Below, one piece after another: positions 38,305 through 51,499 of a DNA stretch of 64,000 nucleotides. Origin of the DNA: Eledone cirrhosa (taxonomy: Eukaryota). Each line of letters begins with the position of its first letter. The first letter of the stretch is position 1. The notes beneath the pieces were generated by a model. It ran no database searches. It was not told the origin of the DNA and worked only from the letters and a program-made list of their open reading frames with translations. Location: positions 3,286,001 through 3,350,000 of the forward strand of contig OZ024764.1 in the NCBI GenBank assembly GCA_964016885.1, given 5' to 3'. The position numbers were made by a program, and so were the translations under genes.

Positions 38305-39250
38305 TCACTCAGCAAGACCTTTGTCAGCTATCTATTTAAAGCTGTATATAGCTATGGTGTGGCCACACTTAGAATTTGCATAACCAGTCTGGAACCCCTA
38401 TCTTGCTCAGAATATTGACCTCCTGGAAACTGTTCAGAGACGTGCAACCAAGCGAATACCCTCCATGGAACAAACTACCAGCATCAGTTGTTAGCTGTCG
38501 AGACACTGCATCCTTTAAAACCTCCATGGAACAAACTACCTGCATCAGTTGTTAGCTGTCGAGGCACTGCATCCTTTAAAACCTCCATGGAACAAACTAC
38601 CTGCATCAGTTGTTAGCTGTCGAGACACTGCATCCTTTAAAACCTCCATTGAACAAACTCCCTGCATCAGTTGTTAGCTGTCGAGACACTGCATCCTTTA
38701 AAACCTCCATGGAACAAACTACCTGCATCAGTTGTTAGCTGTCGAGGCACTGCATCCTTTAAAACCTCCATGGAACAAACTACCTGCATCAGTTGTTAGC
38801 TGTCGAGGCACTGCATCCTTTAAAACCTCCATGGAACAAACTACCTGCATCAGTTGTTAGCTGTCGAGACACTACATCCTTTAAAACCTCCATGGAACAA
38901 ACTCCCTGCATCAGTTGTTAGCTGTCGAGACACTGCATCCTTTAAAACCTCCATGGAACAAACTACCTGCATCAGTTGTTAGCTGTCGAGACACTGCATC
39001 CTTTAAACCCTCCATGGAACAAACTCCCTGCATCAGTTGTTAGCTGTCGAGACATTGCATCCTTTAAAACCTCCATGTTTCCTGAGATTTGCCAACACTA
39101 ACCTAATATTCTCCCTCCATACACACTCACATGTATATCATGACTCATACACTATTCACTTCCGTGACATTTGTATATTATTCTATGTACTATACATGCA
39201 CCTTTGATGAGTTGTAGTGCACCTGAGCTCTGTACACAATAATTTCATTC
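38305..39250 (+). mobile_element. CR1/L2-type LINE 3' fragment containing a 61-bp minisatellite (about 38460-39077)
   Basis: LYIAMVWPHLEFA*PVWNPYLAQNIDLLETVQRRATKRIP; the repeat unit encodes WNKLPASVVSCRDTASFKTS. Confidence 0.85.
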
Positions 39251-39381
39251 ATTCATTTCATATATATATAAGTTTTGCAAGAGATGTCAACATAAATGGA
39301 CCTGTTATTTTTCTCTAAAGACATTTTTTCCAATTCCACCCCACCTGTCCCCTCAATCTATCTCTAATATTTCTCATTCTT

Positions 39382-39417
39382 TCTTCTGATGAAGGACTAG
39401 CGTCCGAAACGTTAAGA
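39382..39417 (+). ncRNA. Minimal hammerhead motif in a Penelope-like terminal fragment
   Basis: TCTT CTGATGA A GGAC tagc GTCC GAAA CG TT AAGA; palindromic ACGT; a second copy of the element is at about 63020-63200 on the minus strand. Confidence 0.7.
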
Positions 39418-39828
39418 CCCTCTTCCTGCTATATCAAGCGTTAACCTAATATATCCCTTCCATATACTGTACCGATTGTGTTGTTATTTATGTTTACCTT
39501 TTACATATATATATATATATTTATTTAATATAGGCTTCAAAATATATATTTATTTAATAAAGGCTTCTACAGGACTAGAATTGTTTCATTCGGTGGAAAT
39601 CATCAGGATGACCTTGCACAATTACACCTCTCTTAGGCGATGACACAGGACCACGACCTCTGGCGCTATCCAGTATTACAGAAGACCTGCCTTCTATCAT
39701 TCTGATCATTTCTACCAAATGAAACAGTTCTAGTCCTGTAGAAGCTTTTCTAAATTAAAACATTTATACTCTGCTTTGTATTGAGTACCTTACTTGCTGT
39801 GGTTACCCCTGATTAAACCCGGGATAAA

Positions 39829-39883
<55 letters not shown>

Positions 39884-40008
39884 GTCCGACAAGCTTTTGA
39901 TTCCAGAGTCAGGCCAGATCAATACAAATCGAACCTTGAGCTGATCAATAGTGAAACACGCGTCACCAATCAATAAACGTAATGAAGACCTCATAAATCG
40001 TTCTTTTC

Positions 40009-40044
<36 letters not shown>

Positions 40045-40129
40045 CATATATATATATACAAGTTTCAGAAGATCCCGTTAAGGGTGAAAGCAGCGATTCT
40101 TTGCTTAAACTTTAATCTGTTATTTTAAT

Positions 40130-40446
40130 AACCCCATCCACACCACCCCTTTCAATGTAAAGTTATGTTGGTGCCACAACATCCAGCCCGAAACAAATGA
40201 GGTCGTGTAGGTGTCACAACAAAAAAACACACAGTCCACGCTGTAATGTGGCCGTGTAGGCAACACAGTAAAAACCTCCCAGCCCCACACTGTAAATGTG
40301 GTTGGTGTTAGGAAGGGCACCCAGCCGTAGATAACCTGCCAGACAGTCCTATACGAGCAAGACAACCACTCTTGCCTCAAGTGGGAAAACTCCCGTCCAA
40401 ACCCATGCAAGCGTGGAATATGGACGTTAAACGATGATGATGATGA
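40130..40446 (+). mobile_element. Family-B SINE
   Basis: ggtgttaggaagggcacccagccgtag...aacccatgcaagcgtggaa..ggacgttaaacgatgatg; similar copies at 48855-49108 (-) and 52840-53015 (+). Confidence 0.8.
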
Positions 40447-40459
40447 TATGTATATATAC

Positions 40460-40510
<51 letters not shown>

Positions 40511-40794
40511 TATGCATATATCTATATATATATATATATAGTTAGAGAAGCAAAAAATTGCTTATTGTGATCCAGTTCTTGGTTAAGAAAGCCAGTTTCA
40601 TGGATGGTTTCAACGTATGGTTAGGGGTAACTCCACAAGTTTGTAAGAATTCCGTTCAATCTTGGAGTATAAAGTATAAAAGAGAGGGACTGTGAACAAC
40701 TTATTTTCAGAATAATTGATTATGAATAATTTTGAACCTCCAAATTTGTGGGAGAGACACGGAGTTCTTCTTGGAATCCACGCCGGGAGGACAA

Positions 40795-41162
40795 ATAAGG
40801 CCAGAAGATCAACTCCCAGAACAACAGGTGGCTCGCTGTCTCATCCAAAGACATGACCAGAGTCATGCAGACAAAATTTCCAGTGACAACATTGGTCTTA
40901 TGTGTCGTCATGCCACCTCACTTCTTCCCTGAGGGCCTCAAGCTGAACACCGATGGCTACATCCGCGTTCTGAGCGAGGTAGTAAAGCCCTGGATCAACC
41001 AGGTAGCTGCAGGTAGGCTGTACGTGTGGCAGCAAGACTCAGCGCCCTGCCATACCAGCCGAAAGACCCAAGCCTGGCTGTCAGAGAACTGCGTCGACCA
41101 CACTTCACCTGACATATGGCCTCCCAGCTCGCCTGACTGCAACCCCCTCAACTTCTTTGTGA
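40795..41162 (+). pseudogene. Tc1/mariner-superfamily transposase relic, DD37D (maT-like) spacing
   Basis: QKINSQNNRWLA...VMPPHFFPEGLKLNTDGY...YVWQQDSAPCHTSRKTQAWL...WPPSSPDCNPLN; 37 residues between the QQD aspartate and the third catalytic position; truncated by a microsatellite. Confidence 0.88.
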
Positions 41163-41892
41163 CACCATTCCACCACCACTACACTACACTACACTACACT
41201 ACACTACACAACATCACCGCGCCGCGCCGCACCGCACCGCACTGCACCACACCACACTACAGTACACCACTACACCACACTACACTACACCACACCACAC
41301 CACACCACACCACACTACACTACACCACACCACACTACACCACACCACACTACAGTACACTACTACACCACACCACACCACACCACACCACACCACACCA
41401 CACTACACTACACTACACCACACTACACTACACCCTCCCCCCCCCCACACACACAATATATATTCTGCGCTAGTCAGACTGTATCACAACAATGGACTAC
41501 ACTACACCACACTACCCCACACCACTACACCATTCCAATCCTCCACACCACCACCACTCCCCCACACCACTACACCGTTCCCCCACTACTACACACTCCC
41601 CCACACCACTCCCCCACACCACTACACCATTCCCCCACCACTCCAATCCTCCACTACTACACCCCCCCACTCCACCACACCAGATATTCTACGCTAGTCA
41701 GACTGTATCACAACATTGGACTCTGTTGATGTTTATGGACGTTGCTGGATATTCTACACACAATTAACACTATACACCACTATATACACCACTATATACA
41801 CCACTATATATAACACTATATACACCACTATATATAACACTTTATACACCACTATATATAACACTATATATTTACAATTATATATATCTAGT

Positions 41893-42400
41893 TAAATAGC
41901 ACATATATACACAAGTGGTTGTATATTTAGACATATATACACAAGTGGGTGTATATTTAGACATATATTCACAAGTGGGTGTATATTTAGACATATATAC
42001 ACAAGTGGTTGTATATTTAGACATATATACACAAGTGGTTGTATATTTAGACATATATACACAAGTGGGTGTATATTTAGACATATATTCACAAGTGGGA
42101 GTATATTTAGACATATATACACTAGTGGGTGTATATTAAGTCATATATACACCAGTGGGTGTATATTAAGTCATATATACACCAGTGGGTGTATATTAAG
42201 TCATATATACACCAGTGGGTGTATATTAAGTCATATATACACAAGTGGGTGTATATTAAGACATATATACAACAGTGGGTGTATATTAAGACATATATAC
42301 ACAAGTGGGTGCATATTAAGACATATATACACAAGTGGGTATATATATTAAGACATATATACACCAGTGGGTGTATATATTAAGACATATATACACCACT
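41893..42400. repeat. 30-bp minisatellite, two variants
   Basis: acaagtgggtgtatatttagacatatatac / accagtgggtgtatattaagtcatatatac. Confidence 0.92.
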
Positions 42401-43288
42401 CTATGCCAGTATTGGTAAGTATTCTCTTTACACAATTTTTTTTTCTTCATAAATGGTTAATTCATAAATTTATCTCTTCTGTCTATCTCATATGTTTTAT
42501 CAGTCAATCTATCTCTCTATCTAGCTATCTGTCTATCTAGCTATCTGTCTGTTATCTATTTATTTATCTGTCTATCTATTTATCTGTCTCTCAATCTATA
42601 TATTTATCTATATATATATCTATCTGTTTATCCATCTATCTATCTATCTGTTTATCCATCTATCTATCTATCCATGGGCCTTCTCTCTATATAAGCCTGT
42701 AGGTTGAGGAAAAGGAAGAGGAGAGTAAAGGAGTACAAACTCTTCGTACTCCTGGAGATGAGGGTTGCACATTTTTTCGGGGGTATGTGTTACCCATATG
42801 AACTGTCTTCCCCTATTGGGGAAAATCGACTAATTTTTTAAATTACATTTGTGATAACATTTTACACGTTTTTATTGTATGTAAACTTCCCCCTTTGTAT
42901 TTGTCCCCTTCTTTTGTGCCCCTGTGGCTAATAAAGAAACATATATATATATATATATATATATCTGTCACTCTATCTATCTATATATCTATCAGTCTAT
43001 CTATTTATCTATCTATATATATATATAAATGGCTTCTACAGGACTAGAACTGTTTCATTCAAAGGAAATCTGCTATGTATTGAGTACCTTACTTACTGTG
43101 GTTAATTCCGATTGAACCTGGGATACACACATACACACACACACACACATACATATATATACATATATATATATATATATGTATCATTAAAAATGTTAAC
43201 AAATGAAAAATATTCTCATAATCAAAATATATCATCATCATCATCATCATCATCTTCGTTTAACGTCCATTTTCCACGCTAGCATGGG

Positions 43289-43349
43289 TATTATATATAT
43301 TTCAGAGGTACTGTGTTGTTTTTTCAGTACGCCCTCATCAGACAAAATA
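43289..43349 (-). ncRNA. Hammerhead motif, ATATATAT family, stem I truncated
   Basis: TTTTGT CTGATGA [GGGCGTACTG aaaaaacaaca CAGTACCTCT] GAAA TATATA TA ATA. Confidence 0.6.
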
Positions 43350-43483
43350 TATGATTTGATATTTGACATACCGCGACGGTCTTGATTATACAATTCCAGT
43401 ATTGGAACATATATATAGAAAAAAAGATGAAATCGAAAATGCAACTGGAGTCTTATTTAAAAAAAAATATATTTATATGGTTC

Positions 43484-43519
43484 CTTTACCGGTTTCGCAG
43501 TTCTTCTGCTTTTCAAAAG
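43484..43519 (-). ncRNA. Minimal hammerhead, U3-A8 core variant (left arm of fold-back)
   Basis: CTT TTGAAAA GCAG aagaa CTGC GAAA CCGG TA AAG; palindromic ACCGGT, GUA site. Confidence 0.65.
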
Positions 43520-43786
43520 TAGAGTTGATATGAAGGGTCTGTGGTTTTTCTCACATGTGAGAAAAACCACAGACCCTCCATCTAAACTCTACTTTTGAAA
43601 AGCAGAAGAACTGCGAAACCAGTGAGAAAAACCACAGACCCTCCATCTCAACTCTACTTTTGAAAAGCAGAAGAACTGCGAAACCAGTGAGAAAAACCAC
43701 AGACCCTTCATCTCAACTCTACTTTTGAAAAGCAGAAGAACTGCGAAACCAGTGAGAAAAACCACAGACCCTCCATCTCAACTCTA

Positions 43787-43822
43787 CTTTTGAAAAGCAG
43801 AAGAACTGCGAAACCGGTAAAG
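43787..43822 (+). ncRNA. Minimal hammerhead, U3-A8 core variant (last unit of the 65-bp array)
   Basis: Same sequence as 43484-43519 on the opposite strand. Confidence 0.65.
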
Positions 43823-44251
43823 GAACCAAATAAATATATATATTTTTTTAAAAATAAGACTCTAGTTGCATTTTCGATTTCACCTTTTTTTCTTTATACT
43901 TTCACTCGTGTAGGACACCTCGGTTATTTTTCATTTTGTAAAAAAAACCTCACTTTCTAATATATATATATATATACAATGATATTAAATAAATGGAAAC
44001 TATATTTATAAAACCATACATCTTTTAGAGAGGAATAAATCATAAAGAATTCCATTATTTATCAATCAGTTATAACTTAAAAGGCTCAACATTAAAGGAG
44101 CTATTTATAAGTAGAAGGGATATTTAATTTGTTGGAAATACAACAAATATCATTGAATATTTACTCCAGAAATCTGTAGAGTGCTCTGAATCAGTTATAA
44201 ACATTTATATTTATTTATTGTATTTCCAACAAATTAAATATCCCTTCTACT

Positions 44252-44286
<35 letters not shown>

Positions 44287-44422
44287 ATGTGCATGTATAT
44301 ATATATGCATGTGTGTATATATGTATGTGTATATATGCATATATGTGTGTGTATATATATGCATGTATGTGTGCATATATATGAATATATGTGTATATAT
44401 AAGTATGTGTGTATGTGCATGT

Positions 44423-44462
<40 letters not shown>

Positions 44463-44946
44463 GTATGTGTATGTATGTATGTATGTGTATATATGCATAT
44501 ATGTGTGTGTAGATATATATAATAAAATAAATATGGTTTTATAAAGATAGTTTCCTTTTATTAATATTATATATATATATTACATACATACACATACACA
44601 TACATATACATATATACATGCATGCATATACATATACATACATATATACATACACTACATACATACATATATCCCTACATCCATACTTATACATACATGC
44701 AAACATAGATACACATATACATACATAAATACATACATATATATATATTTATATACATATGCACACATACATACATATACACACACACATATACATATAT
44801 ATATACATATATACATTTACACATACAGATTCATACATATACAAATACACATATATATATATATACAAATACACACACATATACATATATATATACATTT
44901 ACACATACAGGTTCATACATATACATATACACATATATATACAAAT

Positions 44947-44977
<31 letters not shown>

Positions 44978-45072
44978 CACATACATACTCTCACACACAC
45001 AGACTTACACACATATACGTACACACACATATATGCACATACATACCAACACAGTAATGCACAAGTGTATGC

Positions 45073-45122
<50 letters not shown>

Positions 45123-45161
45123 GATATTAATAAATGGAAACTATATTTATAAAACCATATC

Positions 45162-45226
45162 TATTTCATTATACATATTTCAGGGATACCAAATTAAATT
45201 ATGGTATGCCTTCATCAGACAAAATA
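45162..45226 (-). ncRNA. Hammerhead motif (left arm of inverted element)
   Basis: TATTTTGT CTGATGA [AGGCATACCA taatttaatt TGGTATCCCT] GAAA TATGTA TA ATGAAATA. Confidence 0.72.
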
Positions 45227-45606
45227 CAATATATAACAGTTTTACAAATAAGCTTTGACGTACCCTTCTAAAATGCAACTATTGTTTTTGGAAGTCATCC
45301 GGATAGTGATTTGTTTATATTACTTTAATAAGTCATAGTGTTAAGGACAATTAGAAAAAGACGGAGAGAAAGAAAAAAGACGGAGAGAGAGAAAAAAGAA
45401 AAAGAAAAAAACGTGGAGAAATATCGGAGAGAGAGAAATGCATGGAGAAAAAAGGAAGAGATAAATAAAGACAGGAGGAAAGAATGAAAAAAAGAAAAGA
45501 CTTATTTAAATAATATAAACAATTCACTATCCAGATGGCTTCCAAAAATAATGGTCGCATTTTAAAAGGGTACGTCAAAGCTTATTTGTAAAACTGTTAT
45601 ATATTG

Positions 45607-45671
45607 TATTTTGTCTGATGAAGGCATACCATCATTTAATTTGGTATCCCTGAAATATGTATAATGAAATA
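45607..45671 (+). ncRNA. Hammerhead motif (right arm of inverted element)
   Basis: Near-identical inverted copy of 45162-45226. Confidence 0.72.
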
Positions 45672-45799
45672 AATATGGTTTTATAAATATAGTTTCCATT
45701 TATTAATATCGTATATCTACTCCAAATACTTGTTGAGTGCTTTATATCAGTTATAAAAATATTTGCTTGTTGTATCCCAACAATTTTAAATAGAACTTT

Positions 45800-45837
<38 letters not shown>

Positions 45838-45935
45838 TATATAGGAACAAGTTCCTATTACCCACTCTACTACCCTAAGTATTGAGTACTTTGGTGCGTT
45901 ATGGTCCATCTGGTTCCTTACCACATTTCCTTCGT

Positions 45936-45982
<47 letters not shown>

Positions 45983-46269
45983 TAAATGGGACAAACACGT
46001 CTAACCCATGCTAGATAGACATTAAATGATACATACATACACACACACACACACATATATACATATATATAAGTTTATCCTGGGCTCAATCGGGGATAAC
46101 CACAGTAAGTAAGGTACTCAATACATAGCAGAGTATAAATATTTAATATAGAAAAGCTTCTACAGGACTAGAACTGTTTCATTTGGGAGAAATCATCAAG
46201 CTTCTTGATGGTTTCTCCCGAATGAAACAGTTCTAGTCCTGTAGAAGCCTTTCTATATTAAATATTTAT

Positions 46270-46383
<114 letters not shown>

Positions 46384-47353
46384 CTATAGATACATACATA
46401 CACATACATATATATATACATATATACATATACATACATGCATGTATCTACATATATATATATATCACATATCTATAGATACATACACATACATATATAT
46501 ATACATATACATATATACGTATACATACATGCATGTATCTACATATATATATATATCACATATATACGTATACATACATGCATGTATCTACATATATATA
46601 TATATCACATATCTATAGATACATACACATACATATATATAAACATATATACATATACATACATGCATGTATCTACATATATATATATATCACATATCTA
46701 TAGATACATACATACACATACATATATATAAACATATATACATATACATACATGCATGTATCTACATATATATATATATACACATATCTATAGATACATA
46801 CATACACATACATATATATAAACATATATACATATACATACATGCATGTATCTACATATATATATATATACACATATCTATAGATACATACATACACATA
46901 CATATATATAAACATATATACATATACATACATGCATGTATCTACATATATATATATATCACATATCTATAGATACATACACATACATATACACATACAT
47001 ATATACATATACATACATGCATGTATCTACATATATATATATATCACATATCTATAGATACATACACATACATATATATATACATATACATATATACGTA
47101 TACATACATGCATGTATCTACATATATATATATATCACATATCTATAGATACATACACATACATATATATATACATATACATATATACGTATACATACAT
47201 GCATGTATCTACATATATATATATATATATACATATATATAAATGAAAAAGTATAGAAATTATTGTGAGCGTGAAGCCAACAGTATTTCATAATATATAA
47301 GTGACTATAATGTCAAAATATGTGTGTTTTTTAGGCCTCATATCATGTTACCT

Positions 47354-47424
47354 TATTTTATCTGATGAGAACGCAACTATCGTCCCAGGATTGTATTTGT
47401 TTTTGAAATGCACATAATAAAATA
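47354..47424 (+). ncRNA. Hammerhead motif, divergent long-stem-II family member
   Basis: TATTTTAT CTGATGA [GAACGCAA...GTCC ca GGAT...TTGTTTTT] GAAA TGCACA TA ATAAAATA; flanks homologous to the 25650 and 63557 copies. Confidence 0.65.
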
Positions 47425-47457
47425 TATGGAACTTTTTTAACCATCTTTTAATTTCTT

Positions 47458-47497
<40 letters not shown>

Positions 47498-47593
47498 TAT
47501 ATATAATGAAAAATTGAACAGGAACAAAACAGAGAGGCAGTACAACAAATGTTTATTAATTTCACACTCTTGAGAGTGGGGTGGTGGTGGGGA

Positions 47594-47626
47594 ACGACGT
47601 TTCGGGCATAAGCCCTTCTTCAGGTG
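47594..47626 (-). ncRNA. Minimal hammerhead motif, weak stem I
   Basis: AC CTGAAGA A GGGC ttat GCCC GAAA CG TC GT; GUC site, only 2 bp of stem I; AATAAA follows downstream. Confidence 0.5.
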
Positions 47627-48155
47627 AAAAGTGTGTGGGAAGAGAGTTCAAAGGGTGTGTAGGGGAGTGGTGGAGAGACATATAGCAAAAAGGAGGTGAG
47701 AGGAAACGGTGCAAATGAAATTAAAAATAAAGGCATGATCAAAATAAAATTAAAATGGGGTAAAACAGGTGGTGGAAGGGTGTGGGTCGTGTAGGGGTGG
47801 TGGCGGGTGGAGTGGGGGAGAGGGAGACGGGGTGTCCGAGCGGGGAGGGCTGAAGGTGGTGTGTGTGTGTAGGTGTACGTGTGTGTGTATGTGAAAGCAA
47901 GGGTTGGGGGAAGAACGGGGTTGCATGTTCAGGAAGAGGTGTGTGTGGGGTGTATATATAACGAAGGAAGTGTGGTAAGGAACCAGATGAACCATAACGC
48001 ACCAGAGTACTCAATACTTCGGGTAGTAGAGTGGGTAATGGGAAAATGGTAGACGCCAATGGCAGAGCTCAAGCTGTTTTGACGGCTATTTCTTGACTGA
48101 GTCCAGAAATAGCCGTCGAAACGGCTTGAGCTCTGCCGTCGGGGTCTAACATTTT

Positions 48156-48184
<29 letters not shown>

Positions 48185-48190
<6 letters not shown>

Positions 48191-48340
48191 GGAGAGCAAT
48201 AACTCCAACAGACCATATACAGATGTGTTCTATGTGACAAAGATTGTCACTCACGTGTAGGTCTGTTTAGCTACCAGAGACACTGCTCCAGCTGAACTGA
48301 CAGCCCATGGTCTCAGCCTTGACCGAAGGAGGCCTTAACT
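48185..48340 (+). mobile_element. LINE extreme 3' end with a C2H2-like zinc finger (RTE/RTE-X type)
   Basis: PYRCVLCDKDCHSRVGLFSYQRHCSS* followed by a short UTR. Confidence 0.65.
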
Positions 48341-48350
48341 ATATATATAT

Positions 48351-48855
48351 ACTAGCCGAATTACCCGCGCCTTGCTGCGTTTCACATTTTTTTTTGTAAG
48401 AAAATGATTGATTTTAAATCAGTGATATAATTAATGGAGAAAAACTCTGTATTTCAATATTACTCAATGTAAAATGCAATGCATGGAAATTTGAAAAACA
48501 TTATTTTTTGTAATACATCAAATCAAAATTACATTATTAAATCTTATTCTTATTTTGTTTCTTGTAAATAATTTTTTTCAAAATATCAATTCAAAGCTTT
48601 TGTGAATAGGCATCATATCTTGTCATTTACCTATGGTTTAAGTTTCATATAAATCGAAAGGTAAAAATTTTCAGTGGGGGTTTTGGGGCCCTGGGGAACC
48701 CTTTGATCAAAATGAAATATACGTAAGAAATCAAATGGGCATGAGCCCCACATATGTATCAAGTTTCATCAAGATCGGTTTGGTAGTTTTTAAGTTTTAG
48801 TTTCACAAACAGACTAACACACACAGAGACTGAAATTGTCATTTATGTATATATA
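48351..48855 (+). mobile_element. Non-autonomous Helitron-like element
   Basis: Starts actagccgaattacccgcgccttgctgcg; 3' part caagtttcatcaagatcggtt...acaaacagac...atttat; inserted in (TA)n; resemblance to Lep1-like elements is from memory. Confidence 0.5.
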
Positions 48856-50427
48856 TCATCATCATCGTTTAACGTCCATCTTCCACGCTTGCATGGGTTT
48901 GGACGGGAATTTTCCCACTTGAGGCAAGATTGGTCGTCTCACTCGTATAGGACTGTCTGGCGGGTTTTCTACGGCTGGATGCCCTTCCTAACACCAACCA
49001 CGTTTACAGTGTGGAACTGGGAGGTTTTTACCGTGTTACCTACACGGCCACATTACAGCGTGGACTGTGTTTTTTTTTGTCGTGACACCTACACGATCTC
49101 ATTTGTTTAATATAATAATGATAATAATAATATTTATACTTATATATACACTAGGTGTGTGGCTGAGAATGAAGGCGTGTGGCTGAGTGGTTAGAGAATT
49201 GGATTCGCAATCGTAAGGTTGTGAGTTCGATTCCTGGACCAGGCGATGCGTTACGTCCTTGAGCAAGACACTTTATTTCACGTTGCTCCTTCTACCTGGA
49301 GTTGCGACCGATAGATAGTATTAGCAATTGGAAAGACCAACGGAAACATTGTTCCCTCGGTCCGATTTGACGAAAGTCGATCGTTCCTTAAAAATATACA
49401 CTATATATAATTATAAACAGGAAAGGTAAGTAATTCATTACTACCTTATTACCAGTAAGGGAAATAGCTCAATGTAAATACATCAGATGTTTTACAGAGC
49501 CGGAATATAAATTACAGAATAATCAAAACTATGTTCAAAACATTTTATATATATTTCGTTTCTGAATTTGTTTAGCAAGATTCTTTATCTGAAATCGTGT
49601 GTTGAAACCGATATTGTTATACTTTGGGAGGGTCATGCGCAGACTGAGCACACAACACACACACAGAAACAAAATGGCGTAGGACAGAACAAAGGAGAGG
49701 CACAGAAACAAAGAAAGGAATCCCCAGCCACTGAAGAGGTCACAGAGTGTGTGACGTAAGAACTATGACTATATATAAACAACTATCTGGTTGTGGAACC
49801 AACCAACCAACCAGAAATTTATAAATTTATAAATTTATTATAAATTTATTATAAATTTATTATAATAAATTGAAGTGAAAGCAACTGGTGCGTGTGTTTC
49901 TTATTGGCAACATGACCCTCCCAAAGTATAACAATATTTTATATATATATATATGGGATAACAAGTTATCGTTTTAGGTAATCCAGTTAGAGGTTGTGAG
50001 TACTCTGTACTGTGGATAGTTTTAACGTACGGCTTTGTTTGACTCAACAAGAGGTTTCCTTAGGTAGGTAGCGAGTTTACGAGAATTCCCATGTAGGTTA
50101 TTCTTGGAGTAATAATAGTGAAGGACTGAAGAATAAGATGGTCGGCTGCTGTACAAAAAGGGTTTTATTTACAGTATTAACAATTGTTTCATTGATCAGG
50201 TGAGTCTAAAGGCTGCTAATCACTTGACCTTAAATACAGTGTGTCTCTGATCAAATCATCGGAATACCAATGGTTTGATCAGAGAGAGAGACACTGTATT
50301 TAAGGTCGAGTGACACAACTTTGAGTGATTAGCAGCCTTTAGACTCACCTGATCAATGAAACAATTGTTAATACTGTAAATAAAACCCTTTTTCGTACAG
50401 CAGCCGACCATGTTATTCTTCACTCCT

Positions 50428-50481
<54 letters not shown>

Positions 50482-50616
50482 AACAAAAGATGGTTAAAAG
50501 AGTTCCATTCTTTGTTCTTATATATTATATTATATATACTCCAGTCCTACAAACTGTAGAGTGCTTCTTATCCGATATCTGCATTGCTTTATTGTACTAC
50601 AATAAAACTCACCTCC

Positions 50617-50669
<53 letters not shown>

Positions 50670-50762
50670 AAATAGTAAAAATTCAGTAGAAAATGCTGAA
50701 GAGATTCTTTCAGTATAATATCAAAACATTTATTTATAAAGTGGATATTTCCACATTTAATA

Positions 50763-50950
50763 ATTCTTTCTACTTTAGGCACAAGGCCAGCAATTACCCA
50801 GTGCATTACTGGTACTTTATTTTATCGACCCGGTAAGGATGAAAGGCAAAGCTAACCTCGGCGGGATTTGAACTCAGAACGTAAAGGGCCGTAACTCTAT
50901 GCGTCAAAGCATGGCATCCGACCCTCTACCGATACTGCCAATCCACCGCC
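50763..50950 (-). mobile_element. Family-A SINE, full length
   Basis: Unamplified head ggcggtggattggcagtatcggtagagggtcggatgccatgctttg plus B-box and body. Confidence 0.85.
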
Positions 50951-51189
50951 CTCTTTCCCATTTAATAATGGTACCAGTTTCAGCATTATATGCTTTGTCA
51001 ACGGCAGATATGTAGAATGTAGTTGTGTTGCATATTTATAGGAATAATAAAAAGGGGAAGAAATATTATTAGTTTTTACAAACATATTTAGAGGAGAGTT
51101 CATATTTCTGTCCGAGGTTGTCCTTCGTTCTCTGTTAGTTGGCTGACACCATATATGGACACTGACCAAGAAAATCACTCAGATGGTGG

Positions 51190-51460
51190 ATGGGGAAGAA
51201 TTTGTATGTAGAAGATACACAGGGGTAACTGTGGGGGAAGAGAGCAAGTGAGATAAACCTATTCTAGTCCCACGATGGACCCATAGAAGTGGTTGATAGC
51301 TTCTGCTATCTAGGTGACCTAATTAGCAGTGGCGAAGGGTGTTCTGAGAGTATAATAGCTAGAATAAGGATAGTATAGAAGTTTAGAGAGCTTCACCCAC
51401 TGTTGGTAACAAATGGTGTCTCCCTACATACAAAAGGACGACTGTATGACGCCTGTGGGA
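51190..51460 (+). mobile_element. RTE-type LINE internal fragment
   Basis: EVVDSFCYLGDLISSGEGCSE...KFRELHPLLVTNGVSLHTKGRLYDAC. Confidence 0.7.
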
Positions 51461-51499
51461 AAATAAATGTACAAACGATGACGATATATATATACATAT

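Larger units (their letters stand above)
43418..43893. mobile_element. Fold-back element whose right arm contains a 4 x 65-bp tandem
   Basis: Centre tcacatgtga at about 43551-43560; outer arms gaaatcgaaaatgcaact / agttgcattttcgatttc. Confidence 0.85.
45122..45713. mobile_element. Inverted-repeat element (~180-bp arms) with one hammerhead per arm
   Basis: 45122-45307 is the reverse complement of about 45525-45713; purine-rich spacer; (TA)n on the left flank. Confidence 0.82.

Noticed and set aside
40800-40830. PEDQLP peptide resembling the missing upstream MTO1 exon
   Set aside because: Wrong strand; it is an alternative frame of the transposase relic
49731-49765. CTGAAGA plus GTCACA/TGTGAC stem
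   Set aside because: GAAA is replaced by GTAA and there is no stem I or III; at best a dead relic
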